Source: Trichoplax adhaerens
Lineage: Eukaryota; Animalia; Placozoa
DNA length: 64,000 bases
Direction: 5' to 3'
Assembly: GCF_000150275.1 (NCBI RefSeq)
Contig: NW_002060969.1
Coordinates: 580,809-644,808 of the forward strand
This document shows, piece by piece, positions 12,677 to 25,800 of the stretch. Numbering within the stretch: the first letter of the stretch is position 1; every line of letters starts with the position of its first letter. The notes below the pieces were generated by a model. It was not told the DNA's origin. It ran no database searches and saw nothing but the letters and a program-made list of their open reading frames with translations. The position numbers and the translations under genes were made by a program.

Positions 12677-15491
12677 TCTGTACTTGTGCAGTTGACAATT
12701 GTTGATTGTAAATGATGTAAAATATACTTTGTCATGCAATATTGTTGCTTAGATATGTTAACCAAAAATTGACAGCACAATATACCGGATGCCAAGATAT
12801 CGAAGATACTGTAGTACCGGCTCACCACTAAACGAATGAATTGTGATGACGAAGCCAAGCTGGTGTGGTAACCACCTGATTGTATTGTACCGTTACGATT
12901 TTCCAATAAAATTTAAAATTTAAAATCCCGTTTTGTGTCCAAGTTGTTACTATTTGTAAGACAGTAAAAACATCGTTAAGTTTAATTCACTTTCCAAATT
13001 ACTGTATTTGTTTTACTGTTAATATACTAAAAATTTTGGCAAGGAAAAATAAAAATACGTTGCGACGATTGTGAAAATTATGCTACTAAAGCGACTTTAA
13101 TACTGTAAATTCTGAATGATTTCCTTCAGTGCAGTAATCTGATCGTACGATCTTTGCTGCGAGCTGACTCTACACCGTAAATACTTGATTATTCCACAAA
13201 GTCTTGATAAGGTTAATGAAAGATCGATGCAGAGCTTAGAACTACTATAAAGAAATTCCAGAGATGTACAGTACTAACGATCTGTTCATTATCTTTATCT
13301 CGTTTTAAAAAGAAAACTTATTTAAGTTACTAACTGGTATGGGTTTGTACTAACCGTAATAATTTATACTTTTATTATTTTACGCGCTGCTTGACAGTGC
13401 TTCCAGGTCCCAATTAACTTAAGAAGGATGATTCGGTACTGTGCTGTATCTTAGTATGCTTTTGCTAATAGCCAAGCCGTAGTTGCGGATACTGTAGAGT
13501 ACTGTACTGTACTGTACAGTACTGTGTGTATGCAGCCGATGGTAGGATTGAAATTTGAGACCTTCAAAAAAATGAGATCTGAACGTTACAATTTTATTTG
13601 TACACCACAGTATTGTAGTAGTACTGTACAGTACTATACTCAGTATACTGTACTGTACAGTACAGTACAGTACTGTACATGCAATCAGTCAGTAATGTCA
13701 TAGTACTGTACACTATATCATACTGTATGATTCGTGATTATGACGTTTTTATTGTAATTTTGTACTTTAATCGTGGCCATTGATATATAAATTAATTATA
13801 AATTAAATAAAACAAAATTTAAAATAAAATTTATTTGTAAATGATCTGTACTGTACAGTACATGTACGTACAGTAGATAACAAAAATCAAAATAATACAA
13901 TAAAGATTTCTTACGGTTGAATTTTAGCATTTACCTAATACTGTACTGCAAATGCAAGTAGTAAATAAATACGAGTATACAGTACTGTACAGTATAATTT
14001 GTAATTGCCAATGCACATGACTAACGACCTTATGCTGTACACTGTACAGTACAGTACTGTACTTTTACTGTGGTGTACTGTACGTACAGTATGCAGTATA
14101 AATTTGTATCTGCAGTGTGGTGTACTGTATTTTACTGTACTGAAACGGGTACAATGTTACTGTTAACTACTGTACTGTACACTATTCAATATTTTTAAGT
14201 TTTACTGTACTGTACTATACTGTACTTTCTTTTTTTATTTATACTGTAGACTGACAGTTTTTATTAAATTTTAAATCATGTTCATATTCGCCATGTCCAA
14301 TCATTGTACAGAGATCATTGACGTCACCAAGCTATTATTCGCGTAAAACGGATCTCATATGAACGTTGCACAATTGTACAAGAGAAGACCTGGACTGATC
14401 ACTCTTGGACAGACGGACACTTTTGGTCTCATCTCGTCAAAATATTGTGCCAAACACCTCGCTATGACATTACTTTAGTATGGAGACAGACGATCGATTT
14501 TAAATGCACCCATTTTTTCCAAATTAAGTAATATTACTGTACTGTACAGTACAGGGCGTTCGGAATGTGTTGCAACGAAATCCATACAAATTTCTGTAAA
14601 TTGTTGCGTATATTTCCGATTTTTTTTTTTTTTATAAGAAAGCCTATGAGTTGAACGGTATGGATATGAGAGGCATGTCGTACTCGCGCGCGCAGTCGTA
14701 ACGCAAATGTTCATCAAAGTTAAATGTTTAATTCACTATTTCCAGTGAATCTTGTTATTATCTATTAATAAGTTCTGCTTGGAAACAGTTATATAAAATC
14801 GTAGATGTTATTTAATCTAAGTTAGTACCAGTGATTTAGAAAATGGGACACGGAAGGTCCGTACTAAGTAACCATTTTTCGATACTTACGGAATCATTCG
14901 GTAAGAATAGTCTATCTGCCTGAGGGAGTTGATCATTCCAGGCCTTCTTCCAGTACTGTACACTGTACAGTACAGTACCACAGTACTCACAGCCGAATAA
15001 CTTACAGTACTGTACTGTACTGTTCAGTGCATTGATTTGATGCTTTAGCCAATGTACTGTACCGTACAGTATACTTTTTTGTTGGTTCTCTTATTTTCTC
15101 AGTATTTGCTATGTATGTTTTTGTTATGTTTATAGAAACTCAAACTAATTTTATTTTGGATCAATTCGATTGGACTTATTTCTTTCTTACTGTTAGTTTT
15201 TTTTATTGATTATCTGGATCAATACAGTATTGTACAGTACTGTACTGTACAGTCCTGTACTGTACACTGTGCAGTACAGTACTGTACAGTACTGTATCGT
15301 ACAGTATCACCATTAATATACAGTATGTACAGTACAGTATGACTGACTACGGTACCGCTGTCATCAAATTCATGAGTGTACAGTACAGTACATTACGTCT
15401 GACCATAGTGATCCCATTCCCAATCAACTGCCGACTTCACGAAATGTGTTTTACGTAAAAAACGAATATACTGTATAATAACAATCTAATA

Positions 15492-17063
15492 ATGTTGGTA
15501 TCTAGATATCGCGCAATAATCTACAGCCAGTTCGTCTTGTTACTTATTGATCTCTTCATCAATGCTTTTGGATCACTTCTTAGCGATCGAGATGTCATCC
15601 TACTCGTTATTTATATGTAAGTATCATACGTACAGTACTGTACTGTACTTTAAATCTATACAGTACTGTATATACAATAGTTATATTACCTATACACTAT
15701 ACTGTACTGTATATGTTATACTGTACTGTATACAGTATAATATATATATATATATATTAACGGAATGAGAAAAAGTTCATCAGATATTGCAGATCTCTAC
15801 TATACAATACTGTAAATTATTGTTATTAAATTTTACCAATTAATTAATTAATTTACTATTGCTACTACACTATGCCAGGAACTTCTAAATTCTGAGAGAA
15901 AATTTTATTAGAAGTCCATGACCATGCCCTGACTGTGCAATATACAGTACTACCATGGAACTGCTAGATATATGGAGCATCTAGTAGTCCATGGTACTAC
16001 CGTACGTCATGAACACTAATCATACAATATTTTTTGATTGATACTTGATTTCTAATTGAACGTTATTTTATATCAGGAGTACTTATATTTCTGTATAGTA
16101 GTCACAGCATAATTAATTAATTTTTGATAAAATTCGGGTTTCATATCTTAGCCGGAAAGAGTTGTATTACACAACTCTTTCCACTCAACTTGTGTAGTTG
16201 TGGCATGTGGCCTCCTGATGATCGTCATTATTTGAATCATACATTCGCACTGTGCTAGATAAATGTCGAGGAGGACAAGCCTAACGGTAGAAGTTTAGTT
16301 TTATTACACATTATAAGCTTCAGTGGCACCGCAAAAGCGCTAGAATTGCAGAATCCGAAAATCAAATATTGAAAATTTGCAGATATCATTTAAAAAAGTG
16401 TGGCAATGGTGCAATCTACCTACAGCCTTATCCCTTAATTGCTTCTTTATATCTTAAACCTATGTAGAGTCCAGCTCCTGTGCCTGGTATTCAACTTAAT
16501 TGTTATATTCCTGGTCTTCTTTAATACTTACGTTTTTCAAGCTGGCCTTATGAATCTGTTGGTTAGAAAATTTCGGATGGCCATTTGTATTAATGTGATT
16601 TATGCTTTGATCTCTGTGGGTATTCACGTATGGACATTGGTAGGTTTAAATTAATTTCATTAATTAACTATTGAATTGCGCATCAGTTTAATCTTGTTAA
16701 AAAGTTATTGTAGCTATTTGATAAAACCGCTAAAGTTGAGCGTGTGGGTGTACACTATTTTAAACACTTTGTTTCTCAAGATAAAGGTGTGGGGCCAAGG
16801 CTCAAGTACATACATTTGGGAACCTGGTTACCAGGCGCTGTATGTAGTCCACAGAGTTGGTAAGCCTTTAAGATGATACCCTCATGAGTATTGGATGCTA
16901 TACTATACCAGTAATCTTTAAGTAATAGTTAATTTATCATTTTTCGTTTTTAGCTTCTGTATTTTATTACTACTTCTACAAGAGAATGGCGTTAAAACTA
17001 GGAGATCCGAGGTACTACAAAGATTCGGAATGGTTGCGAAAGGAGTATGCTCGATCTCACTAA
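15492..17063 (+). CDS. TMEM138: Transmembrane protein 138 (ciliary), 4 coding exons
   Basis: [26 protein letters not shown]..., [50 protein letters not shown] match the TMEM138 family; canonical splice sites. Confidence 0.92.
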
Positions 17064-18257
17064 TTTATAATTTTATAACTAAATTAATTAACTACACTTA
17101 TAATCCATCTTGTTTCATATTTTGTACATATAGTAGTGCTTGATATAATGTTACTTGTACTATATTTAATATATATATATATACGTAAATCCGCACTCTT
17201 ACCGTGTGAAGACTTCGGACGATTCTTGCTAATTCTAAAATAATTGAGACTGATATCTCTGGATAATAAATATCAGATTTTATAATTATATAATGTTACG
17301 TAAAAATAGTGAAAAATCTGTAATATCGGTCCACATTAACTAGCACGCAACATATAATTATCTACCGATAATTTTCATAGGCGAATTGTACGGACATCCA
17401 TGCGGTAGCTTATCATATCGAATGCTATAAAAGTGAAAATGACGCAGCTTTCACTGCTTCTATGAGCTCAGTGCAGGCCGTACAGCAGAATACACCTGTC
17501 GTACGTTAGGAAAGATAGCAATATTTCTAGAGGAACTCACTAATTTATTAAATAGATATTAGTCAGAAATTATCGTTGGACTTATTGTAAGATCAAGAAA
17601 TGCATTGCCTAAAGGTTAAATTTAGAGTAATTGAATGCGTGTCCGTCCTTTTAGCAAGTTTCAATAATGTGTCTATCCTGGATTACATAAGTACACCCAT
17701 TCACGGTTCGATTTCGACTTAAATCCATCAAGTGTTAGTAGAATCGACTCCCAAGTCGAATTGATCCAGGCGTATACATAAGAAGCTGTACAATGTACAC
17801 TTTTCTGTCTCTGATTTGGAAGTAGAGTTTCACGATGCTGTAAATTGTTGCGCGATAAACAGTATGGTAAGATACTCGTATATGATGACACATTTATTTA
17901 TATGACAGAATTAGCTGCAAACAAAACGAATGAATTGGAAAAACTAACGATGTTCGCAATAAGTATCGTTTTTGTTGTATTACGTAGAAGAGCGACGAGA
18001 TAACCATGACACCTTTAGCACTAGCAAGCCTTTTTACCACATTGAAATCCTTCGTGATTTCGAAAATTAGATATAATAGAATTACATAGTATGAAATGTA
18101 TACATAAAGAATATTGAACAGTTTCCGGCCTTTTGCAATGTTCAGTACTACACTATATCGAAAAGGATAGCTGCATGTATTTACTGCTGCTCATAAATTA
18201 GATTAATATAACAGGATAACTATTACTTTATAGAAAGGAATTAACGCTATTAATTCG

Positions 18258-19393
18258 CTAAGCTTCGTATGAATCTTCCTCGGCTATTTCTTCGATTTCG
18301 TTTTCGGCTTTAGGGAAGGATAAAGCTATGAGGTCATCTAGGCACAAGAATAAATTTTTAACTTTTTACCCCTTATAATAATTTGAATTAAAATATGCCA
18401 TTGCAAATATTAACCTTGCAAACAAAGTGTAATGTGAAATTAATAATGCGTGTGTAAGTGATTAGCAAGCTTACCTAAAACTATATATGCGGAAGACCTC
18501 GGTCTACCTTCACTATCTACAAATCTCCCATATGATAATCTACCATTAAGTAAGACCCGTTGCCTGAAAATACAATTGCAAATCATGTACGCGTATTAAC
18601 TATTACTGTAGCAAATCTATATACAGGACGTAGTATTACAAACTTCATACCCCTTCGTTACTGTTTGCATGATATAATTCTGTAACGCAGGCTTGTAAGC
18701 GAAGATGCTATGCCATTCCGTTTTAGTTGTCAAGTGTCCTGCCCAAAGCAGATAAATGTAAGGAAGAGTTATCCCAAATTCAAATATAAATTACGTTACC
18801 ATTTTCTTAGGTCACCATACGTACAAGAAGGGAAAGGTGACTACAGTACCCTTTTACAAGTGGAACAAGTGAGTAGAAACTTTCTATAGTATAATACCTG
18901 AGTCTTCATTTTTAACAAACCATGACCTATTCGTGGCAACAGAGAATCTGACACTTTTATCATCCACCTTAACGGGATCATTTCCAACATTTCCTAGCAA
19001 TTGCACATGATTGATGCCTAAAATGAGCAAACGATCACAAAAGTTTATTATCGAACGTGACTTTACTAATATTACATCCACCAATTTAATGATACAGCAC
19101 CACGACTACTATAATTAGGGTAATATATCTCGTCAATTCTCACGAGTTATACCATATTAGATGCAACGATAGTAAAATAAAAAGAAGCATATCGAAAACA
19201 AAACGGTATCTTGGTCAATTTTGTCACCAAAATCAATCAAGTTCCATTCACATAATGCTGCATTGAACATAATTCTAATTGATCTTACTTCGGATTGGTC
19301 GTCTCGACTCCTCGTTTCTTATAAGTCGCGAGGTAACCTATTACAGCAAGAAAAGATCCAGCACACGTTGTCTTACAGACGTCAAGGAAGCCA
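18258..19393 (-). CDS. SSBP1: Mitochondrial single-stranded DNA-binding protein (start codon uncertain)
   Basis: Spliced exons RPIRS|INHVQLLGNVGNDP...RFSVATN, KTEWHSIFAYKPAL...VTKG, RVLLNGRLSYGRFVDSEG, acidic tail EEIAEEDSYEA*; OB-fold SSB signature. Confidence 0.88.
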
Positions 19394-20377
19394 TGCTTTG
19401 ACTACTGTAGTTTATCTATCTGTAAATGGTTCAATCTACAGTACGATACTGTACTGTACACTCTAAATGTACTGTACACTATTATCGTACATACAGTACT
19501 GTACTGTACTGTACTGTACAGTACTGTACACTGAGTGTACAGTAACAGTACACAATGATACTACAGTACTGTACAGTACGTGGCACGTACAGTACAGTAC
19601 AGTATTTCAGTCCATCAAAAACAAATGGCCGAATTTAGAATATCTGTTGGACGTTACGTAAATTCGTCTTGCGCGAGTACTAAAAGTGTGTAAATTGACA
19701 AAATTTTTAAATATTATCGGTGTGCAATAGTTAACATCTCAGTTGAGAGGGGGTAAGCAATGATTCAAACAACTTTTGCTATTCTCATATGGTCTACTGT
19801 ACATTGTACAATAGTGTACAATACAGTGTACAGTATAGTGCAGTAATGAGCACTGACTATGGATTGCACCCAATAGGATTGTATGGAGCACTGGTATACT
19901 GTACAGTACAGTACTGTACTAACAGTGGTAGATGGAACAAACCGAGTTACGTCGTTTAGCATTAATTTTCCATGATATCTGTTAAATCGTTAAATCGGCT
20001 ATTTAATTGCTTGTTTGCCCCTCGATGCTGTCGGGGACTGTAATAAACCGGGATTTACTGCGCTGTACAGTACAGTACTGTACTGTACTGTACATTATTA
20101 CATTACAGTATTTAGTATTCCATGGTACTGAGGAGTACAGTACTGTACAGTACCGTAGATCCAGCGTGTGGTGTGTACAGTACTGTACTATAATCTGGTC
20201 AGTACAGTACAGTACTGTACTGTACTGTAACCAGGTCTTTATACAAATTTACTTCCCTACAGTGTTGCAGTACCATAATACTTATTCCCACTAAGATTCG
20301 AAGTGTCATGTAATGTCAAATGAACATGACAACTAGCACTGTCGTGTGGACCTCTAGAGCCGCTAGTAACCTAATGC

Positions 20378-20458
20378 CAGTAACGACTCAAGGGGAAAAA
20401 TAAAGCAGGGACAACTCAAGGGAAAAATAACTTATTTCTTCCCCTTGAGTTATCACTG
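20378..20458. repeat. 81-bp element with ~26-bp imperfect terminal inverted repeats (MITE-like)
   Basis: Left CAGTAACGACTCAAGGGGAAAAATAA versus reverse complement of the right end CAGTGATAACTCAAGGGGAAGAAATAA; internal partial direct copy ACAACTCAAGGGAAAAATAA. Confidence 0.6.
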
Positions 20459-21092
20459 CTAGTACTGAGAAACTTGCTGACACTGCTCAGTTTCATCTGC
20501 TGTATGCCAAATTATACCAGTCTACGTACAGATCGTATCTTTTATCTCTACATCATGCACCGGCAAAAGCTGAACGGAATATTTGAACTTAAATAAGTGT
20601 TGCGGATTTATGTTACGTATTTACTAGCGCATACTATTATATTATTGTATTGCATGATTCTTTGCATTCATTCTTATCGGTTACTGAGAGTTTAGAAGTA
20701 TTCGCACGCTACGATTTAACAATAAGGAAAGAAATATACTGTACGATTATGCGGAGGCACATTCATTTACTTAATACATTCAAATAGTCTTCCCTGTTGA
20801 TCACCAAATATTCAAAAGGACTGAATATCTTCACAGGAAATACAGTGCTTTTATTGGCACAACGTATTATGATTCTTTATTTGTTGCTACAAAAAGGCTG
20901 TAGTTCCTTTTTAGTTGCTATTGAGATTATTGTACTACATAAATACGTCATTTAACAATATAAGTAGCTTATCTTGGTATTTACTCGTATTCTCAATTTA
21001 TTGCTTAGTTAATAATTAATTATATTATTAGTAGTATAAGAGACGTTTAAGTTTATCGTAATTTATGTCTATTAGAATGTATACGTGTATAT

Positions 21093-21094
<2 letters not shown>

Positions 21095-21125
<31 letters not shown>
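21095..21125. repeat. (TA)n microsatellite
   Basis: Uninterrupted TA run. Confidence 0.9.
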
Positions 21126-21128
<3 letters not shown>

Positions 21129-22803
21129 GATATGATGCATCGTATCTATGGACGCATGGCTACTCTATTTCTAACATAACGTTATTGTATCATACGAATA
21201 CAGTTTCGAGGTTGATTATAACTATGTTTACTTATTCGAACCATGATTACGAAGTCATATTAATAGCGCCGGAAATATTCGATATCAAACTCTTCTTAAC
21301 AGATAAGGTGTACACACGACTCTTGAGATCCCAGTATTCTGATACGGTTTTCAATAAAATCGATATTATGATTAGTCATTGCTTGTAGTCGTTTAAGAGT
21401 TACAGCACTGCAATTGTATGAGAATGTTCTTAATGGTATTTGCATTAAAACTTATGTTTCAAGTTTTACCTTCAGATTCATTTATTGTTCCATAGATTCA
21501 ATATTCTAGAATGAATTAAATACATAAATGACAGTCTAACTTTTGATGTAATAAGGCTGCACGGGCTATAGTAGTACTACATAAACATACCGCAGTTTTC
21601 ATTAATTATACGAATTATCACTACTCTTACTAAATTTGATAATTTCAGATTGTAAGTTATAGCATCTATATACCTGAATACTAAGAATTTATAACAATTA
21701 TCCATGCAGTGTCCGCAAATGACTATGCTTTACCATAGATGTATATAAATGACGCGTTAGGAATAGGTATGGAGTTTACACATAGGCAATCCTATAAATA
21801 ATCGAGCTACCTTGTACAGTAGTAGAATGGAGCTCTAAGGATGTGTTTATCTCACTGTAATTCATATTTACAAACACATTCATTGAGCTCGATCGTACAC
21901 AAATGCCTAACAATCTGATCATAATCGCTTTCGCTTACGTAAAACATCTATAACATGGAATCGATCTTATCTGTAGTGACCATGCAGCATGTGGGAGGCA
22001 ACAGTTAACCAGTTGATAGTTACTGTTTTTATGTATTAACAATTTAGTATCATTACGAGTTTGGAATAGAATTAGAATTTTTAAGCACATATTAACTGCA
22101 TTGAAAGGTCTGATATGATGGTTAACTGATCTAAAGTATCTTCCTTCCCTCCTGACTTAATTTATTTCTTACCCTGCACAGTTTTATACGCCTGATAGTA
22201 TGAATAAAACAAACCTTCATTATCTTGTCTACCAATCGGGAAGGTACCTTTCGTTGTGAATGCTATAGCAAAAGTTGTAGTATCACATATTATCATGATT
22301 GAATTTTTGGCTGCTTCTGACAATAAGTTCTTTATTTATAATCAGTTTAAAGCTGGAGATATCGACAAATACACTACGACTAACTTCAAACCCTAATACC
22401 TGCTATAACTAGATTAACGTACGTTCACCAAGAAAATGGTAAAATCTCTTACGACCTCTCAGCAACGAAGATAAAAAATCCTCTTAGGAGCAACGAGAGT
22501 TTATGATATCACGCTAGCATAATTATTTAACTTTAGCTAGAGTATTTACGGTAAATAAAATCCCTCTCAAGTATCCTCATTCCTATATGTTTTAAAGCAA
22601 GAGTAACTTTACGATATGATTGAATTGGCTCTTGAAAGGTTAAAAATACTGAATACTGTACTGAAATACGTGTATAAACATATATGTAGTCTAAATACCC
22701 ATGTCAGTAGCCGCTCTTCAGACAATAGCGATGTGAGTATGTAAAGCATGTATATCTGCAACACAAGTCTACTTACTCTACTTAAAATTACCATAAAACT
22801 TAC

Positions 22804-25800
22804 CTGAGAGAGGAAGGATAATGCAAATTCTTGCTATTATTTTACATATAAACCAGTAAAAACATCGTATTAAAATTTTACTAGTTGTAAAGTATAAATA
22901 TGAATTGATCTGTTTAATACGAGTACTGTTGTGTATAACCTATACCGTATTATTTTAAAATAGTTTCAGTTGTATATCCACTAACGTATCGAAATTTACA
23001 TGGGTATCTAATATTTTTCTTTACTTACACGAAATCTAGCCGAAAGGTACCATAGCAAGGGCAAGTTCTGAAATTATTTTAAAAAATTGGTACATAATGT
23101 CAACATGGAATATCCAGTGGCTGTGATATGATCATATGAAATTAAATTAAAATATTCAGGATAAAATAGATATAACTATGAAATTCCTTATTTATCCCAG
23201 CTTCTCATTGAAACTTTATACACGTTAATAGAACTTGAAGAATAATTCTGTTTTTGGCAAAGATAAAAATATTAAGTTTATACTACATACTAAAGCATTT
23301 GAGGATACTTTCAACTACAACTCAACCAGAGAATACAGTGAGGCAAAAGTTAATTATTTAATGTATACTAATTATTAGAAGACTAATTTTTAACGTTATC
23401 ATAACCATCAATTTTTATTTCAATATTTACGTCTGCAACGTAAAATTCAAGGCGGTTGTCAACAGAGAGAACTAAGTAACTCAACAATCCTTAAAATTAA
23501 ATAGCCTAATAGGAATTGCATTTTAAATTATTTTATTTAGTAAGCCTTATGCCCCAATATGGCAAGGAACGAAACAATTATGTACGTATATACGTATATG
23601 ATTATATAAATAATACTGTATAATGAATTTTCCGAAATTAGAATATTTAATGATGACACTTAGTTGACAAGTACCCACTAGGCAATACTTAAAAATGTAA
23701 TGGTATCTTACATGATTATAAATCAGTTTACACTTACCGAATAATATTCACGCGAAAGGGGTATAGGGAATTCATTTGGCTACAATAAATTAAAAAATTA
23801 CTAATAGCAGGATGACAGTATTCATCAACTGTCGTCTGTAAAGTATTGTGACCCACTGCAAGGAATATTATCGAGTAGCATAATTCGTATTTTCATGTAG
23901 CCTAGTCTGTAAGTACCGTATGTGCACCAGCTAGCTAGATAATTGCCAAAGCATTCACAAGATAAAACTGATTTATTATGTTTTACGTTCACTTACCGTC
24001 AATAACGTAGTCTCGTAAGGTGAAGGTAGATTTGGTCTCTGTAACACATAGTTTGATATGCTTATTTTGCTTTCTTGCAGTTAATTAAACATTAACATTA
24101 TCATCTATTTTCATAGCAATAAGCTTTAAGAACTGTCACAATATTTATAGTGTTTATTTATAAATATTTCATTTTCTGAATTTAAACCAAATTGATATCG
24201 ATTAGCCATGATAAGCTGTAAGTGCTTGATAAAGAAATCACTACTTTATATTCACACCTTGTTATTATCTACAACGTAACTACGATGCCCATCAATTACC
24301 CCCGTACAATGTATTACTGTATATAAAGTGTAATACAGTACTTAAAGCAAGTCTTGTGGGAGTGCCGTATATTTGGCATTGCTTGCTATTGAGATCGTGT
24401 TGCACGAAATGTTAGTACCGCAAATGAATTAAAAGTGCGAACGATCCTCGCTAATATGCGCTGCTATTATTTTCAAGAAATGCTGTATTTAACCAGTAGA
24501 TCAGTGTAACATGTAATTTACTTACATTAAAGTATAAGGGTGACAATGCAGGAGATGGAAGAGCTGGAGATGAGTCATCTTGCTAATCGTAAATAGTAAT
24601 GAAAATAAAAATATATAATGTCCAGAATTGATAGCTAACACGCAGTAAAACGTCAATCCAGTTGCGATAAACTTACACGAAAGTATATGGGTACTTGTTG
24701 CGATGGTGGTGGTGGGGTATTATCTTGCTGTAATAGTTTACAATATAATCAGGAGAGGCACTACCTGCATAATTATACTAATTTATTCTAATAGCATAAG
24801 TAACTATTTTATACTGTATGTAGAGTACAGCGTTAGCACCTACTCTAAAGTAGATAGGTATTTCTTGTGAAGGCGATGGAGGTGGCGATGTCGGCTCTTG
24901 CTGTAATAAAGTATTTTAGATACAACTTATAAGATTGTAAATTTGTACGTACGATAATGTGACGAGTATGTCTTCCACATCGTACCTACCCGAAAGTAAA
25001 TAGGAGGAGGAGGATCAGTGGGATCTTGCTATCAGAATATGCATATTATTACGTTAAGTTAGATTCAAGTTTTAATGGAAATTATATCAGCTAGTTTATT
25101 GCGTCAGCATATATAGGATGCTACATAGGACTCTTAGCGTGTGCGCTTACACGAAAAGAAATCGTTAGCGGTTCTTACCACTATGAATCAAAAAGTAGCT
25201 TTAGCTATATAACGTAAGCTTATTCTGTAATTTTGATAGAATCCTAATATGTATAGTCCATAGTACTTACACGCAACTTGATTGGTTTTAAAGGTGGTAG
25301 TGGCCGATTTTGCTATTATAACATTAAGCGAAACGTTAACAGTGTCATTCAAAGTATAAGCCTTGATCGAAATAGTTAACATACAAACACTTGTGATAGA
25401 AATTTGTTGTAGGAATAAACACATAGAATAATTAAGCACAGCTATTAAATCTGCTATTAAGGTCAAAGGGCTACATTCAATTGGGATCTATCAGGTACTT
25501 ACATTTAGATAGACGGACAATATCCATAGCAACGGATCATCTCTCTAAGATATAATAATTATTTAATGTTATAGTATATTAGTGGTGATCGTTTTATTAG
25601 TACGTGCGTTTGGCAACGCGTTAAGAACATTGATACTAAATTACTAATACTATATTCGTATTAACGATATATAATGAATTCAAACATATCAATAAGCCTG
25701 CAGGTTTCAAAGATCTATGTCAGAGATTCTATTACCAAACAAAGATCATTAGAACACTGAACGCTATTATTATTACAGATTCTGATTATATAAAGCGTTC

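Noticed and set aside
14280-14530. Higher-complexity island between CAGTA arrays
   Set aside because: Frames are short or interrupted and show no recognisable motif; not assignable.
17673-17891. 72-aa ORF between TMEM138 and SSBP1
   Set aside because: No recognisable domain or exon partners; lies between converging 3' ends.
19221-20294. ORFs rich in YCTVLYSTVQ (also 15547-15768 and 48213-48449)
   Set aside because: Translations of the CAGTA/TACTG arrays, not proteins.
21930-22600. Candidate final exons of the micro-exon gene (RDIINSRCS*, AYKTVQ, DFLSSLLRGRKRFYHFLGERTLI*)
   Set aside because: Several mutually incompatible options with weaker splice sites; cannot choose without cDNA.
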